From contig OX638352.1 of assembly GCA_951813545.1 (NCBI GenBank), positions 4,867,966-4,931,965 on the forward strand: a stretch of DNA of 64,000 nt. The letters run 5' to 3'. The first letter of the stretch is position 1, and the number at the start of each line of letters is the position of its first letter. The DNA is from an uncultured Poribacteria bacterium (GTDB lineage Bacteria > Poribacteria > WGA-4E > WGA-3G). The position numbers and the translations under genes were made by a program. Positions 1 through 11,017 of this stretch are shown here, piece by piece. The notes below the pieces were generated by a model. That model saw only the letters and a program-made list of their open reading frames with translations. It did not search any database and was not told where the DNA came from.

Positions 1-31
1 TGCCCTCTTATTTTCGGGTTTTACTATAAAC

Positions 32-3000
32 TTATGGCGTTTCATCAAGCGGGAAACGGAGTACACCACGACGGAGCGTCCCGACATAAAGCGTGTTATC
101 ATCAACAGTAAAGGAGATGATCGTGCTTGGAACTTCTGGCGTCATCTGTTTCCATGTGCTCGAATTCTCTGTCAATTCATACACCTGTCGTTCCGTTGCA
201 CCATATAGTGTTGTACCGTCTACCGCAAATTTCTCTATCACCAGTGGCGCGCCTTCCGCATCGGTTACTTTATGCCAACGCGTCCCATCGCTTGCATAAG
301 CGACACCTTTATCTGTTGCTACATAAACAGTTGATCCAGCGAAGACGATTGTGTTGTAGGCGGCAACAGAAAATGGGAGATCTGCGGTGACATCATTCCA
401 GGTATCCCCTTCATCAAACGATTGCATGAGGTGTCCATCTTGTTTACCAACATAGAGGGTTTTACCGGACACTGCAAGTTTGACACCGAGAGATTGAATA
501 AGATCATTCGCCTCAGCGTACTCAGCAGAATAGAGGTTAGAAAGATTAGGGGGTTCGGCTTCATCTTTCAACCCCGTGTCATACCATTCAGTCATACCGG
601 GTTTCCATCTGAAAAGCCGCTGCTCGTATTCGACATAGTAGGTATCATCACTAACAGCAAAGTCACCAAAAAACGACATCATACCGGATGATGCTGGGTC
701 TTGGAGAGCCTTATTGAGTGCTTCGTTTTTCTGTCGCTGAAAATCAATGTTATTGTTAAGTGCCTCATTTAACTGATCAGGATCGATATCCATGAGTGCC
801 CTACCTAACTGCTCAGGATCAAGTTCTTCAATTTCTTGCTTACTCTTATCAGTGACTGCTGCCAGTATGGTCTTGAGCATTGCTTCGTCAGGCGTTATCG
901 TCATCTGGACCGTATTACCTCGACCGACATGCCCAAAAGCGGGCATGTCACGAATAAACTTTATGCGACTGCCCTCGGTAGATAGTCGAAGCAGCGGTGA
1001 AGGTGAATTCATTTGATTTCCCCTCTTCGCATAGAGAACACCGTCATAAGCCTTAATAATAACACCGGCATCAATACCGCCGGGGAGCGGTGTCCACGAC
1101 TCACCACCGTCTATTGAAGTGACAAACCCATTCGTTGAATTTGCGTAGAGTTTACCGTTAATAGCGATCAATGTGTTAACGGTCGTGTCCACGAATCCTG
1201 TATTAAACTGATGCCACGATTTACCGCCGTCGGTTGTCCGCTGAATCCCGGGCGGGACACCTCTATAGAAGGTGTTCTTATCTAACATCAGCACAGGTGG
1301 GGCGATCCCGTAATCCCCGAGCTTTAAATCTAAGGAATTCCACGTCTCTCCGGTATTTATAGAGTAGAAAAGTTCTCCGTTCGCATCTACCACCATCACC
1401 CTTTCTGCTGCTGCGACTATCTTGATTTTCGAGAACATCTCCATATCGAATCCAAATCCAACTGGAAATCGACCCTTTCGGTTCCTCTGTTTCTCATTCT
1501 CTAATCTTTCCCACGGATCTATAGAATACCAAGAGTCGCCTGAATCTGTTGAACGGTAAAGCGACCACCATGCGTTATTGGTCATTCCTGATTTAGATTG
1601 CATCTCTGCATCTCTAGCTGCAGCATAAAGCCGGTGCTCTGCAACTACCAAAGCATAGATAGTCGGTTTCTCCGTGCTTACCCCTTCTGGACGAATAGAC
1701 ACTCTTTCCCACGTCCCAGCACTCAGACGATAGAGCCCGTTATTGGTGCCAGCAAATACGGTGTTTTTGACAACGGCGAGTGCGTGAATCCTCTTGGCAT
1801 CCAATCCATCTTTCAGGGATATCCATGATGAACCGCTATCTTGGGAATGATAAACTCCCTCAGTAAGCCCGAGATAAAAGCCTGCGTCGGTTATCACGAA
1901 GCCTGCCGGCACGCCTTTTGGATGGCTGCCGAGCGAGTTCCATGTGCTACCACTATCGGTAGAAGTTAATATTTCCGTGTCAGTAGCGACATAAAGCGTC
2001 TCGCTGCGCTCTACCATTTGTCCGCCACTCATCATCCAATCTTGCACGCTGCGTGAGGTTTCGGTTCCGGCGTTAACAAGTTTCCATGCGCGCCGATCGT
2101 CCGACAATTTGTAAAGACTTGTGGGTGTCCCTGCGTAAACAGCCCCACCTATTGTGGCGAAGAGAGTGTTGACTGCGGCTCCCTCAGGTCCTTTTGTTTG
2201 TATCCACTGCGGTTTCGGTGTTGAAACTTCTGTTTCGTCAACGCGTGCTGCAGCGAAGAGCCGAGCGTCCGGTTTCTGGCCGGCACCCGGGTTTTTACCG
2301 GGGGTAGCCGAACGACCTGCCTGATTCCGAATTGCGGGTTTTGCGGGTGACTCTAAGACAAAAGCTGCCTCAATAATCTCAACCGTCCGTTCCGATGTGG
2401 CGTTTAAATCGTAAGGTTTCTGGAAGCGAGAGAGGTATTGTGTACCAACACCCATCAGTAGGAAAATCAGAACCGCCGAAGCGGCAGAAAGCCCCCATGG
2501 AACCATGGGGTTATTTGCAGCAGGGGCGGTGGGGGCAATACGGGATATCTCCCGCATAATGTTTTCTGTCAATTGCGTAGGCAGTTGGAAACTGCCGAGG
2601 TTTTGTCGGATCATATTTTCTTCCTTCTTTAGACGATTTCGTGCACGGCTAAGCCTGCTTTTAACGGTATTTGGAGAGACACCGAGAAATTCGGAAATGG
2701 TTTTGATTGTCATTTCACCGAGGTAATGAAGTGTCATTACTGTCCTTTCACTCTCAGGCAGTTTTTGGAGCAGTTCCTTGACGACTTCACGACGCGTCTC
2801 ATCGGCTTCGGCTTCCTGTTTCTGTGCCACATATCGAGAGTATGACCCGTGATTTACCTCACTCATATCAGTGACCTCCAAGGATTGTTCCGGTAAGGAT
2901 TTCTTTTGGAACCAGTCAGAGCACAAGCGTGACGCGATGACATAAAGCCATCCTCCAAACAAGTTGTGATTTTTTAATGTTTCGAGTTTCTGGTATGCCC

Positions 3001-3163
3001 TGAGAAACGCGTCCTGTGTAATCTCTTGTGCGATGTGAAAATCACCAATTTTCCGCCACGCGAGGGCATGCACGCCTTTCTGATACTTGTTGACGAGAAG
3101 CGCGAACGCCTCTTGGTTGCCTTGTAGTACCTGTTGAATGAGGTGCGCATCTTTCTGTTCCAT
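32..3163 (-). CDS. ECF-type sigma-70 factor (regions 2 and 4) fused to a TM helix and a C-terminal BNR/Asp-box beta-propeller extension (paralog A)
   Basis: The N-terminus has sigma region 2 (LAWRKIGDFHIAQEITQDAFLRAY) and a region 4 HTH (ERTVMTLHYLGEMTIKTISEFLGVSPNTVKSRLSRARNRL). A hydrophobic TM segment (LSAASAVLIFLLMGVG) follows. The extracytoplasmic part carries many S-x-D-x-G-x-(T/S)-W Asp-box repeats, e.g. STDSGSTW, SQDSGSSW, TTDGGKSW, SIDGGESW and FDEGDTW. Confidence 0.75.
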   Translation of the reverse strand: MEQKDAHLIQQVLQGNQEAFALLVNKYQKGVHALAWRKIGDFHIAQEITQDAFLRAYQKLETLKNHNLFGGWLYVIASRLCSDWFQKKSLPEQSLEVTDMSEVNHGSYSRYVAQKQEAEADETRREVVKELLQKLPESERTVMTLHYLGEMTIKTISEFLGVSPNTVKSRLSRARNRLKKEENMIRQNLGSFQLPTQLTENIMREISRIAPTAPAANNPMVPWGLSAASAVLIFLLMGVGTQYLSRFQKPYDLNATSERTVEIIEAAFVLESPAKPAIRNQAGRSATPGKNPGAGQKPDARLFAAARVDETEVSTPKPQWIQTKGPEGAAVNTLFATIGGAVYAGTPTSLYKLSDDRRAWKLVNAGTETSRSVQDWMMSGGQMVERSETLYVATDTEILTSTDSGSTWNSLGSHPKGVPAGFVITDAGFYLGLTEGVYHSQDSGSSWISLKDGLDAKRIHALAVVKNTVFAGTNNGLYRLSAGTWERVSIRPEGVSTEKPTIYALVVAEHRLYAAARDAEMQSKSGMTNNAWWSLYRSTDSGDSWYSIDPWERLENEKQRNRKGRFPVGFGFDMEMFSKIKIVAAAERVMVVDANGELFYSINTGETWNSLDLKLGDYGIAPPVLMLDKNTFYRGVPPGIQRTTDGGKSWHQFNTGFVDTTVNTLIAINGKLYANSTNGFVTSIDGGESWTPLPGGIDAGVIIKAYDGVLYAKRGNQMNSPSPLLRLSTEGSRIKFIRDMPAFGHVGRGNTVQMTITPDEAMLKTILAAVTDKSKQEIEELDPEQLGRALMDIDPDQLNEALNNNIDFQRQKNEALNKALQDPASSGMMSFFGDFAVSDDTYYVEYEQRLFRWKPGMTEWYDTGLKDEAEPPNLSNLYSAEYAEANDLIQSLGVKLAVSGKTLYVGKQDGHLMQSFDEGDTWNDVTADLPFSVAAYNTIVFAGSTVYVATDKGVAYASDGTRWHKVTDAEGAPLVIEKFAVDGTTLYGATERQVYELTENSSTWKQMTPEVPSTIISFTVDDNTLYVGTLRRGVLRFPLDETP

Positions 3164-3201
3164 TGCCAGCTCCTTTGGAATCCTAACATCTTTTAATTTA
3201 A

Positions 3202-3236
3202 GTGACAGGTTTTAGATATTAAAAGGTTGCATTATT
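3202..3236 (-). promoter_or_regulatory. Conserved ECF-type promoter motif, copy A (minus strand: AATAATGCAACC-N17-TGTCAC)
   Basis: A 36-bp motif shared by six loci in the window. It has an AAC-containing -35-like element, a 17-nt spacer and a CGTC-type -10, and sits about 35 nt upstream of the paralog A start. Confidence 0.45.
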
Positions 3237-3270
3237 TAACGATATTTTCAGAAAGAGGGTTTATGCCAAT

Positions 3271-3297
3271 AAAAAAGGCGCGCTTGGCAGCGCGCCT
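3271..3297 (-). terminator. Rho-independent terminator downstream of paralog B
   Basis: Minus strand reads GGCGCGCTGCCAAGCGCGCC followed by TTTTTT, a GC-rich hairpin with a U-tract. Confidence 0.6.
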
Positions 3298-3369
3298 ACG
3301 ATAATTTAATCACGTTGACAATGACCGCTATGCATCATAGCAAATCTAAACGTAACACAATCTATCCAG

Positions 3370-6300
3370 CTATTCATCAATTGTGAAACGTAGCACACCG
3401 CTGCTGGAAGTCCCGACATAAAGCACGTTGCCATCAACATCAAACGACAAGACGGTATCTGGGATTTCAGGTGTAACTCGTTTCCACGTGTCAGAATTTT
3501 CTTTCAACTGATACGCGTATTGTCCGGATGTCCCATATACCTTCGTGCCATCTACCACAATTTTTTCAATAACAAGTGGGCTGCCTTCACTGTCAACTGC
3601 CTCATGCCATTGGGTTCCATCACTTGAATAAGCGACCCCTTTATCGGTTGCCACATAAACAGTTGCTCCCGCGAAGGCAATTGCATTGAACTTCTCCACA
3701 GGAAACGGAAGATCTGCGGTGACATCGTTCCAAGTTTCGCCCTCATCAAATGATTGAGAGAGATGTCCATCTCGTTTTCCAACGTAAACGGTTTTATTTG
3801 CAACTGCGAGTTTGAAACCCATAGAATTATGAACATCACTAAAAAGAGAAGTACCCGCCGAATAGTCAAAAGGAGTGGACATTAAAGTCGAAATAAAGTT
3901 TTCGCCTTTATCTACTAAACCGGTGTTATACCAGGCATCCGTACCGGATTTCCATCTGAAGAGTCTCTGCTTGTGTTCAACATAATATGTTCCGCCGCTG
4001 ACAGAAAAATTTCCGAACATTGATGTCATAGCGGTTCCAAGTGACTCTAAGACCATCTGATTCGCTGCTTTACTTGCCTCCTCAATATCCTTAGTATCGA
4101 GAACTTCACCGTTCTCAAGGTCTTGCTTAGCTATATTCTTGAGTGCATCGCGTGCTGCCTTATCGTTTTTTCGGTTTAACCGATCCGTGAGTTCATTATT
4201 CAGAGGATCAACCTTTTCAAGAATCTTAGGGATCCCAGGAATAGGAATAAATTTGTCACCCTCTGTAGATAAACGTAGAATCTGAGGTTTTAGGACTGCC
4301 ATACCCTTCATGTAGAGCGCATCGTCAAATTTCCGAAAAACCGATATACCTGCCATAGGCGGCGCATCAACGGTAAATGGTGTCCAAGACTCACCACCGT
4401 CAGTTGAGGTGACAAGCCCGTCCATTTCAGAGGCGTAGAGTTTACCGTTAATGGAGAATAGATCCATAACGGTAGTCCCTGCGAGTCCTGTATTAAGTTG
4501 ATGCCAGGATTCGCCTGCGTCGGTCGTGCGATAGACTCCAGTTTGGCTGCCTCTGTAGAAGGTATCTGCGTCCAACATCACAATTGGTGGCGCTATATTG
4601 TTCATTCCAGCAGACCTATCCTTTAAATCTAAGGAGGTCCATGTCTCGCCAGCATTAACTGAATAGAAAAGTTCGCGTGGATGCGCTAACATAACTTTAG
4701 CACCAGACGTGATTATTTTGAAATTTGAATAGGTAAAATCAACAGGCGTTGAATTGGCACCCTGCGGGGGAAATAGAATTGAAAGCATACCCTTCGGCTT
4801 TCTCTCATTTTCCGTCTTTTTTTTCGGATTTATAGTATACCACGTATCACCTAAATCGGTTGAGCGATAAGCTGACCACCAGTTATCGCCTGTCATTATC
4901 GCTTTGCGTTGGGTGCCGATCTCATTTGTAAATTCCCAACCCGCGGCGACATAGAGACGGTGTTCAGAGGCTGCCAAGGCGTGGACGGTCAGTTTTTGCG
5001 CGCGTTTATCTGCAGTACCCACTGACAACCGTTCCCACGCCTCAGCATTGCGACGATAGAGACCGGTATCGGTACCGACAAACACAGTGTTTTCAACGGA
5101 GACGAGTCCCCGAATCTTCTCGGCTTCTAAGTCATCTTTCAATGATACCCACGCTGTCTGACCGTCTTCAGAAAAATATATATCTTCAATAAATGCAAGG
5201 AAAAAACCCGCGTCGGTGACTGCGAAACCCCTGGGAGCACCTTTTGAATGGTCGCCGAGCGAATTCCATGTCTCTCCAGCGTCTGTGGAAGCTAATACTT
5301 CTGTATCAGTAGCAAGATAGAGCATATCACCGTGCTCCGTCATCTGTATCCCACCCGCTATCCAATCTTGGCTAGCGAGTGCGCTGGCACTTCTTGCATT
5401 AACGAGTCTCCATGTGTGCGTATCGTCGGCGAGTTTATAGAGGCTGGTGGGTGTCCCTGCGTAAATATCACCGGAAGTTGCGGTGAAGAGACTGTTAACG
5501 AGACCGCCTTCCGGTCCCTTTGTTTGTATCCACTGTGGTTTCGGTGTTGAGATTTCGGATTCGTCAATTAGTGCTGCGGCGAAGAGCCGAGCGTCGGGTC
5601 TCTGACCTGCTCCCGGGCTCTTACCCGGAGTAGCCGAACTTCCCGCCTGATTTCGTACTGCAGGTTTCGCGGGTGAATCTAAGACAAAATCTGCCTCAAT
5701 GATCTCAACCGTCCGTTCCGATGTCGCATTCAAATCGTAAGGTTTCTGGAAGCGGGAGAGGTATTGTGTGCCAACACCCATCAGTAGGAAAATCAAGACA
5801 GCTGAGGCTGCTGATAATGCCCACGGCAACATAGGTTTATTCGTAGCAGGTGCTGTGGGAACGATACGCGAGACTTCTTGCATGATGGTCTCTGTTAAGT
5901 TAGCAGGCAGTTGGAAACTGCCGAGGTTTTGTCGGATCATGTCTTCCTCCTTCTTCAAACGGTTACGCGCGCGATTGAGGCGACTCTTCACAGTATTCGG
6001 GGAGACACCGAGGAACTCACTGATGGTTTTGATTGTCATCTCGCCGAGGTAATGGAGCGTCATCACTGTGCGTTCGCTCTCAGGCAGTTTTGGAGCAGTT
6101 TCTTGACGACTTCACGACGTGCCTCATCCGCTTCCGCCGCCTGCTTTCCTGCTATGTATCGAGAATATGACACTTGATTCACCTCGCTTGCCTCGGTAAC
6201 TTCCAAGGATTGCTCCGGCGGGGGATTCTTTCGGAGCCAGTCGAGACACAAGTTTGACGCGATGACATAAAGCCAGCCACCAAACGACTCATAACTTTTC

Positions 6301-6488
6301 AAGGTTCCGAGTTTCTGATATGCTTTGAGAAACGCGTCCTGTGTAATCTCTTGTGCGATGTGGAAGTCGCCAACTTTCCGCCACGCCAGCGCGTGAACCC
6401 CTTTCTGATATTTGTTGACCAACGGCGTAAATGCGTCCTGGTCACCCTCTAATATCCGTTGAATGAGTTCGGCATCTTTCCGTTCCAT
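3370..6488 (-). pseudogene. ECF sigma / TM / Asp-box beta-propeller fusion, paralog B, frameshifted
   Basis: ORF 6063..6488 encodes sigma region 2 and ORF 3370..6066 starts at region 4 (MMTLHYLGEMTIK...), overlapping by 4 nt. Against paralog A, a T5 run (cagtttttggagcag) is T4 here (6088-6091). The 1-nt loss truncates the sigma part before region 4. Confidence 0.5.
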
Positions 6489-6530
6489 TACAAGCCCCTC
6501 CGAAATCGCCTCGCCTATCTTTTATTAAAA

Positions 6531-6566
6531 GTGACGAATTCTGGGTATTGAAAGGTTGCATTATTT
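6531..6566 (-). promoter_or_regulatory. Conserved ECF-type promoter motif, copy B
   Basis: Minus strand reads AATAATGCAACC-tttcaatacccagaatt-CGTCAC, about 40 nt upstream of the paralog B start. Confidence 0.45.
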
Positions 6567-6716
6567 TTCGGAAAGTGGAATTAGGGTCAGGAAACTGACA
6601 TTACCAGAAGCGATTAAAGGAGAGGCGAACGGGGTAACAGCAATTTTGGGAGGGTCGCAAACAATTCTGTATGTATCGGATTTGTCGTGTAAAATCGACC
6701 GTAACGTGAGTTGGAG

Positions 6717-7220
6717 TTAGAGCAATTTCTTTTGCCGCATCAGATTCAAGACGGCCGCTGTCATTGCATTGAATTGGTCAGGATTGTCCGCGAAACGGTT
6801 GGCAAGTTCAGCCTCAGGCATCCAGCGGACGGCACGTGTGCCGTCGCCTTCTGCCAGTAAGACCCCTTTAGCACGACAGCGAAAGTATACTCCCATGCCG
6901 TTGAAACCCTGCGTTGTCTGGTAGACAGCGAAGGGTTCGAGACACTCTACTGTAGACTCCATGCTTGAGTGCTTTACTGCCCGCCCTTCAATTTCCTCCA
7001 CCTCCAATCCGGTTTCTTCACGCACTTCACGACGGAGTGCCATCAGCAATGATTCGTACGCCTCCACTGTCCCGCCAGGAAATTCTAAACTTTGTCGTTG
7101 ACCGGGGCGGTCCCGCATTTGCACCACGTACTCGATGCCGTTTTTTCCTTCACGCCAAAGGATAGCACGAGCATTCACAAAGATCTGATGTGCGCGCGGA
7201 ACTTCAATTGTCATTTTCAA
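6717..7220 (-). CDS. NUDIX hydrolase
   Basis: Nudix box GGTVEAYESLLMALRREVREETGLEV matches Gx5Ex7REUxEExGU. Confidence 0.8.
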   Translation of the reverse strand: MKMTIEVPRAHQIFVNARAILWREGKNGIEYVVQMRDRPGQRQSLEFPGGTVEAYESLLMALRREVREETGLEVEEIEGRAVKHSSMESTVECLEPFAVYQTTQGFNGMGVYFRCRAKGVLLAEGDGTRAVRWMPEAELANRFADNPDQFNAMTAAVLNLMRQKKLL

Positions 7221-7582
7221 GTCTTTCTAATGTAAGAGGGTTTTGGTTAAATAACGTGAGTTTGATCATAAAAATGCCCATATAGATGTAGGTTCGGTTG
7301 AGCGGTAAAGCCACAAGCGCATTTTCACTCCACACAGCGTTCCATTCTTCAATGAACCCTTCAGGGAGATAGGTATAGCGAAACCCAACATCCCAAACGG
7401 TGTCGGTCTCAGAATGCGTTGGGTTTCACTCGGTTTTTAGTGATTTCAGATTTCCCTGTTCCGTTGAAAACGCTGTGCTGTGTGCGATTTTTAGTAGGTC
7501 TCCGTTCAACCTAACCTACGATGCTATAACCCAACCTACGATGCTATAGTTGATTGTGTTTGTTTATATGGCAATGACCGCA

Positions 7583-9013
7583 TCAAATATCAGAACGGAA
7601 GAATTTCAGAAACGCCATCGTCGTAAATGCTAACGCAAAAAAACCGAGTAAGAGGACATCCACCGCAGAGCGACGCAATGTGTCCGATAAAGAAGGCTCC
7701 GTCACGGTTGGCGGCGGTGGGATTTTGTCTGTTTCGGATTCAGAAGAATCATTCATCCGAGTCAATATCTGCATAGCCTGTGACATTGCATCGTCTGAAA
7801 CTTCGCTGAAATACGAGTCATCAAGTTGACCGTAGTACCGCTCACCCGTTTGGAAGTAGCCGTCCCTTTTCAATTTACCCGTTTGGGTTAGGTTTATAGC
7901 AATGTATGTCAGAGAGGACGTTGGCACGATCCGAGAAAGTGTCTCTCCGACATATTCTTGCCGCGCCTTCTCACGCTGATAGTCCCGGTCAATTTTGTCC
8001 GCTTGATCCTGGAACTCCTGTCGAAACTGTTCGTTAATCGGCTTTTTGAGTTTATCTATTCTTTCGTCGTCTGAGCGAATAGAGATACCTTCGCTACCTG
8101 CGAAAGTTTCTGTCATTTTTTTGAAAATTTTTTCATCCCTATCTTTCGTCAGGTTGTTGCGAAGTGCCGTTTTTTCCATATAAACCGCCTGCTGTGTCCG
8201 GGTAGGCGCAACGAGTTTAGCAACGACAAACGCGCCGCGTGGTGCGATCAGCACCGCAAATACCCAAAACGTAAAAGCGACAATCAGCGCAGTCTTGGCG
8301 TTATCCAGATAGGTTGAAATGAACACGCCTATCGCAAAAAACACAGCAATATAGAGCAACGAGATAAGCGTCAGACAAAACACGGGCAGCGCAATTTTGA
8401 GCTCACCTAACGGAAATCCCTGCCAAGTGATTAGGAGTAACCCTAACAGGAATGACACCAAAAACGGAACGACAAATACAATGTAGCCACCGATTAACTT
8501 GCTCCACAAGAACACATCTCGCGGAAGGGAGTTCGATAGATTTATCCGCAGCGTTCCTGCCTCTCGCTCCCCTGCCACAGCATCGAAAGTAAACAGAAGT
8601 GCCAGCAGACTGAAAACTGTCCCGACAATAAACAGGAAATCAAGATGTCCTAAGACATACGCAACGGATGCTTGAGAAACCCCTGCTGACCCTTGTCGGA
8701 CCCCATTACGCGTCATTCCAAGATAGGTCGGCAACGCATCCTCTAAACCGTTCGCAAACACGCTCAAAGGTGTAGGTTTAAGGAACAACTTGGAAACCTC
8801 TGTGTTCGGGTCCGACGCATTCGGTGGATTTTCTTTTGCCTCTGTCTGTTCGCGTTTAATCGACTCTTGGTAATCCACAAGGTTCTGGCTATACCTCCGA
8901 TAATTGATCGAAAGGGTGAGTGGCACAAGCAAGAGGCACATTAACAGCAGCGCGACAAACCGAACACTCAAAATGTGGTGCATAATTTCTTTCTGTATCA
9001 ATGTCATTAGCAT
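7583..9013 (-). CDS. ABC-2 family transporter permease-like membrane protein, paralog 1
   Basis: Topology is an N-terminal TM, a large loop, then a block of TMs. It has the ABC-2 permease signature AVAGEREAGTLR. A roughly 200-aa cytoplasmic extension ends in a final TM. No ATPase gene is adjacent. Confidence 0.55.
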   Translation of the reverse strand: MLMTLIQKEIMHHILSVRFVALLLMCLLLVPLTLSINYRRYSQNLVDYQESIKREQTEAKENPPNASDPNTEVSKLFLKPTPLSVFANGLEDALPTYLGMTRNGVRQGSAGVSQASVAYVLGHLDFLFIVGTVFSLLALLFTFDAVAGEREAGTLRINLSNSLPRDVFLWSKLIGGYIVFVVPFLVSFLLGLLLITWQGFPLGELKIALPVFCLTLISLLYIAVFFAIGVFISTYLDNAKTALIVAFTFWVFAVLIAPRGAFVVAKLVAPTRTQQAVYMEKTALRNNLTKDRDEKIFKKMTETFAGSEGISIRSDDERIDKLKKPINEQFRQEFQDQADKIDRDYQREKARQEYVGETLSRIVPTSSLTYIAINLTQTGKLKRDGYFQTGERYYGQLDDSYFSEVSDDAMSQAMQILTRMNDSSESETDKIPPPPTVTEPSLSDTLRRSAVDVLLLGFFALAFTTMAFLKFFRSDI

Positions 9014-9071
9014 GGTGATTTCTCCTCTGTTTTTTTGTTTAGATTTTACAATTACTTAGACATTTTAAAGA

Positions 9072-9220
9072 GGCGAGGATACAATCCTCGCCAGCAGTGA
9101 TGGAGGTTTTTACTTCTAAGGTTTCTGCTTAAAGAGGCGAGGATACAATCCTCGCCAGCAGTGATGGAGGTTTTTACTTCTAAGGTTTCTGCTTAAAGAG
9201 GCGAGGATACAATCCTCGCC
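9072..9220. repeat. Tandem repeat, 64-bp unit in about 2.9 copies, each carrying a family-1 REP hairpin (GGCGAGGATACAATCCTCGCC)
   Basis: The unit aaagaggcgaggatacaatcctcgccagcagtgatggaggtttttacttctaaggtttctgctt is repeated at 9067, 9131 and 9195. Confidence 0.85.
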
Positions 9221-9383
9221 AGCAGTGATGGAGGTTTTTACTTCTAAGGTTTTCCGCCCCTACGGGGAAACCTGGATTTTTTGTCCACGCGCTGCTATAA
9301 ACATGCTGAAGAAACACCCAACCAAATAAACCTTACAGGACTGAAGAAAGGGCTTAGGGTATACACGGTTTTTACCTAAGATC

Positions 9384-9420
9384 CGGTGCGGTTGCAAACC
9401 GCACCTACCGGACCTGGGAC
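9384..9420. repeat. Family-2 REP hairpin (CCGGTGCGGTTGCAAACCGCACCTACCGG)
   Basis: Near-identical copies at 29624-29660, 32698-32730 (variant) and 54683-54710. Confidence 0.75.
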
Positions 9421-9469
9421 CGAAGCTGTTCCTTTTCTAAAATTGACACTTATGGTGCAGTTTCCTAAC

Positions 9470-10944
9470 CGCACCATAGGTGTCAATTTAGGGATTTTCG
9501 GTAGCCTCTTTGAGTTTCCAAAAGGTTGTGTTTTTTCCAGTGCTTCTCTGGAAAGTGCCTCCATTTTCAAATGAACACCTTATGGTTTTCAAGGTTTCAC
9601 GAAGTGCTGTTTTTGAGCGATGAAAACTCAAGGTGAGGAGTCTGGCATAACCTGCGATATGCTTCGCTGTTTTGATGAAACTCTGTTGTATGTGTCGGTA
9701 TCCCGCGACTAACATGACGGCATGTTGGATCAGAAGGGCAATAAGTTTCGCATAGATTTCAGATAGCATACGATACGGTTTTTGACTTCGAGAAACATGA
9801 AGTTTTCCGATACTTTTGAAACACTTATACATCAGTTCAACCTGCCAACGGATACCGACAATGGCACAGACCTGTTTCGGTGTGAGTTGATGTTCTTCGG
9901 TATTGGTGATATAGAGGTTGTATCCAGCGAGCCGTAAGAGTGCTTTTGACGGTGTTTGGGCTTTACGTTTGGCACGGTATCGGATGGAGCGTCGGCGTTT
10001 ATTCGTTTCTGCTTCAGAAAGTTTCTCGGCGATGAGGTAAACACGGAGTTGCTTTCTTTTGCCGATCCGTAGCGTCTTACGGATGTAGGTGTTTTCTACT
10101 TCTGCTTTGAGCATCTTTCCTAAATCAATGCGTTCACCGTTTTCATCAGCGAGGTAAGAGTTGGCTTTCAAACGCGAAATCCAGTAGACGTCGTTTTCAG
10201 TGAGTTTTTCAAGTTCATCGAGCGAAAAATATGCTAAGTCTGCGAGTCGTAAACTCCGTTGTGGCAGTGGATCGGCTGCTTTTGCGGCGGTGCTGTCAGC
10301 CGTCATGCCATTAGTCAGTTGGAAGTCGTGAAACCTCCCCGTAAGGATATCAAAGCAGAGATGAAGTTTCAAAGCGGCTTTCTGCCGATGATTCTTTTTC
10401 GGTTGGCCCTTCCACGTCTCGTGGAGTTCATCGGGGAGTGTGATCCACGTGCTATCTTGAATGTAGACACCACTAAACTGCTGAAGTAAAGGCAGGGCTT
10501 CTCGCCGACCGGCAACTTCAAGCATTTCTGTAATCGCAGCGTCAAGTGTGAGTTTCAACATTTTAGCAGTTTCAGGGGTCAGACGTTGTTCAAGTGCTTG
10601 TCGGCTGACTTGTATGCCGAGCGTCGCAGCGGTTTCAGTAAGTTGCTGATAACTCGCCTCTGGGTTTTCCAACCAACCGAGGACGAGGATTTGCGCCAGC
10701 GCACTCCCGGTAAGTTTTCGCTTTCTCTTGACGAACCCTGTAGTGACAGCGACTTCATCTGCAACGGTTTCAAGGATCGTTTGCATTTTATCTGGCACTT
10801 GTTGTAAAATGGACATTGGAGATACCTCTTTTTTGTAGAAATAACCACTACTTTCTTTTCTACATTATACAAGAGGTATTTCCGATTTACACCTTTTTTC
10901 TTACAAGAAAAACATACTTATTTTCCCTAAATTGACACCTATGG
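9470..10944 (-). mobile_element. IS4-superfamily insertion sequence (~1.47 kb) with 23-bp terminal inverted repeats
   Basis: Left TIR gcaccataggtgtcaatttaggg (9470-9492) is the exact reverse complement of right TIR ccctaaattgacacctatggtgc (10922-10944). The element is flanked by a 12-bp direct repeat agtttcctaacc (9458-9469 and 10945-10956), consistent with a TSD. Confidence 0.7.
9488..10816 (-). CDS. DDE transposase, IS4 family
   Basis: 442 aa with a C-terminal R-(3)-E-(6)-K signature (GIRWQVELMYKCFK) typical of IS4-group transposases, lying between the TIRs. Confidence 0.7.
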   Translation of the reverse strand: MSILQQVPDKMQTILETVADEVAVTTGFVKRKRKLTGSALAQILVLGWLENPEASYQQLTETAATLGIQVSRQALEQRLTPETAKMLKLTLDAAITEMLEVAGRREALPLLQQFSGVYIQDSTWITLPDELHETWKGQPKKNHRQKAALKLHLCFDILTGRFHDFQLTNGMTADSTAAKAADPLPQRSLRLADLAYFSLDELEKLTENDVYWISRLKANSYLADENGERIDLGKMLKAEVENTYIRKTLRIGKRKQLRVYLIAEKLSEAETNKRRRSIRYRAKRKAQTPSKALLRLAGYNLYITNTEEHQLTPKQVCAIVGIRWQVELMYKCFKSIGKLHVSRSQKPYRMLSEIYAKLIALLIQHAVMLVAGYRHIQQSFIKTAKHIAGYARLLTLSFHRSKTALRETLKTIRCSFENGGTFQRSTGKNTTFWKLKEATENP

Positions 10945-11017
10945 TGCAGTTTCCTAACCGCACCTACCACGTCGGAATAGACATAATTCGCTGATTTTGC
11001 GTAAGTCCTGAATTGTA

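Noticed and set aside
3552-3869. Antisense or overlapping short ORFs within the sigma-fusion genes, including 14303..14608, 319..564 and 5332..5567
   Set aside because: They are fully embedded in much longer, well-supported ORFs.
9376-9574. Two overlapping 62-64 aa ORFs at the IS4 left end
   Set aside because: They span the REP hairpin and the IS terminal repeat. They have no RBS or coding signal.
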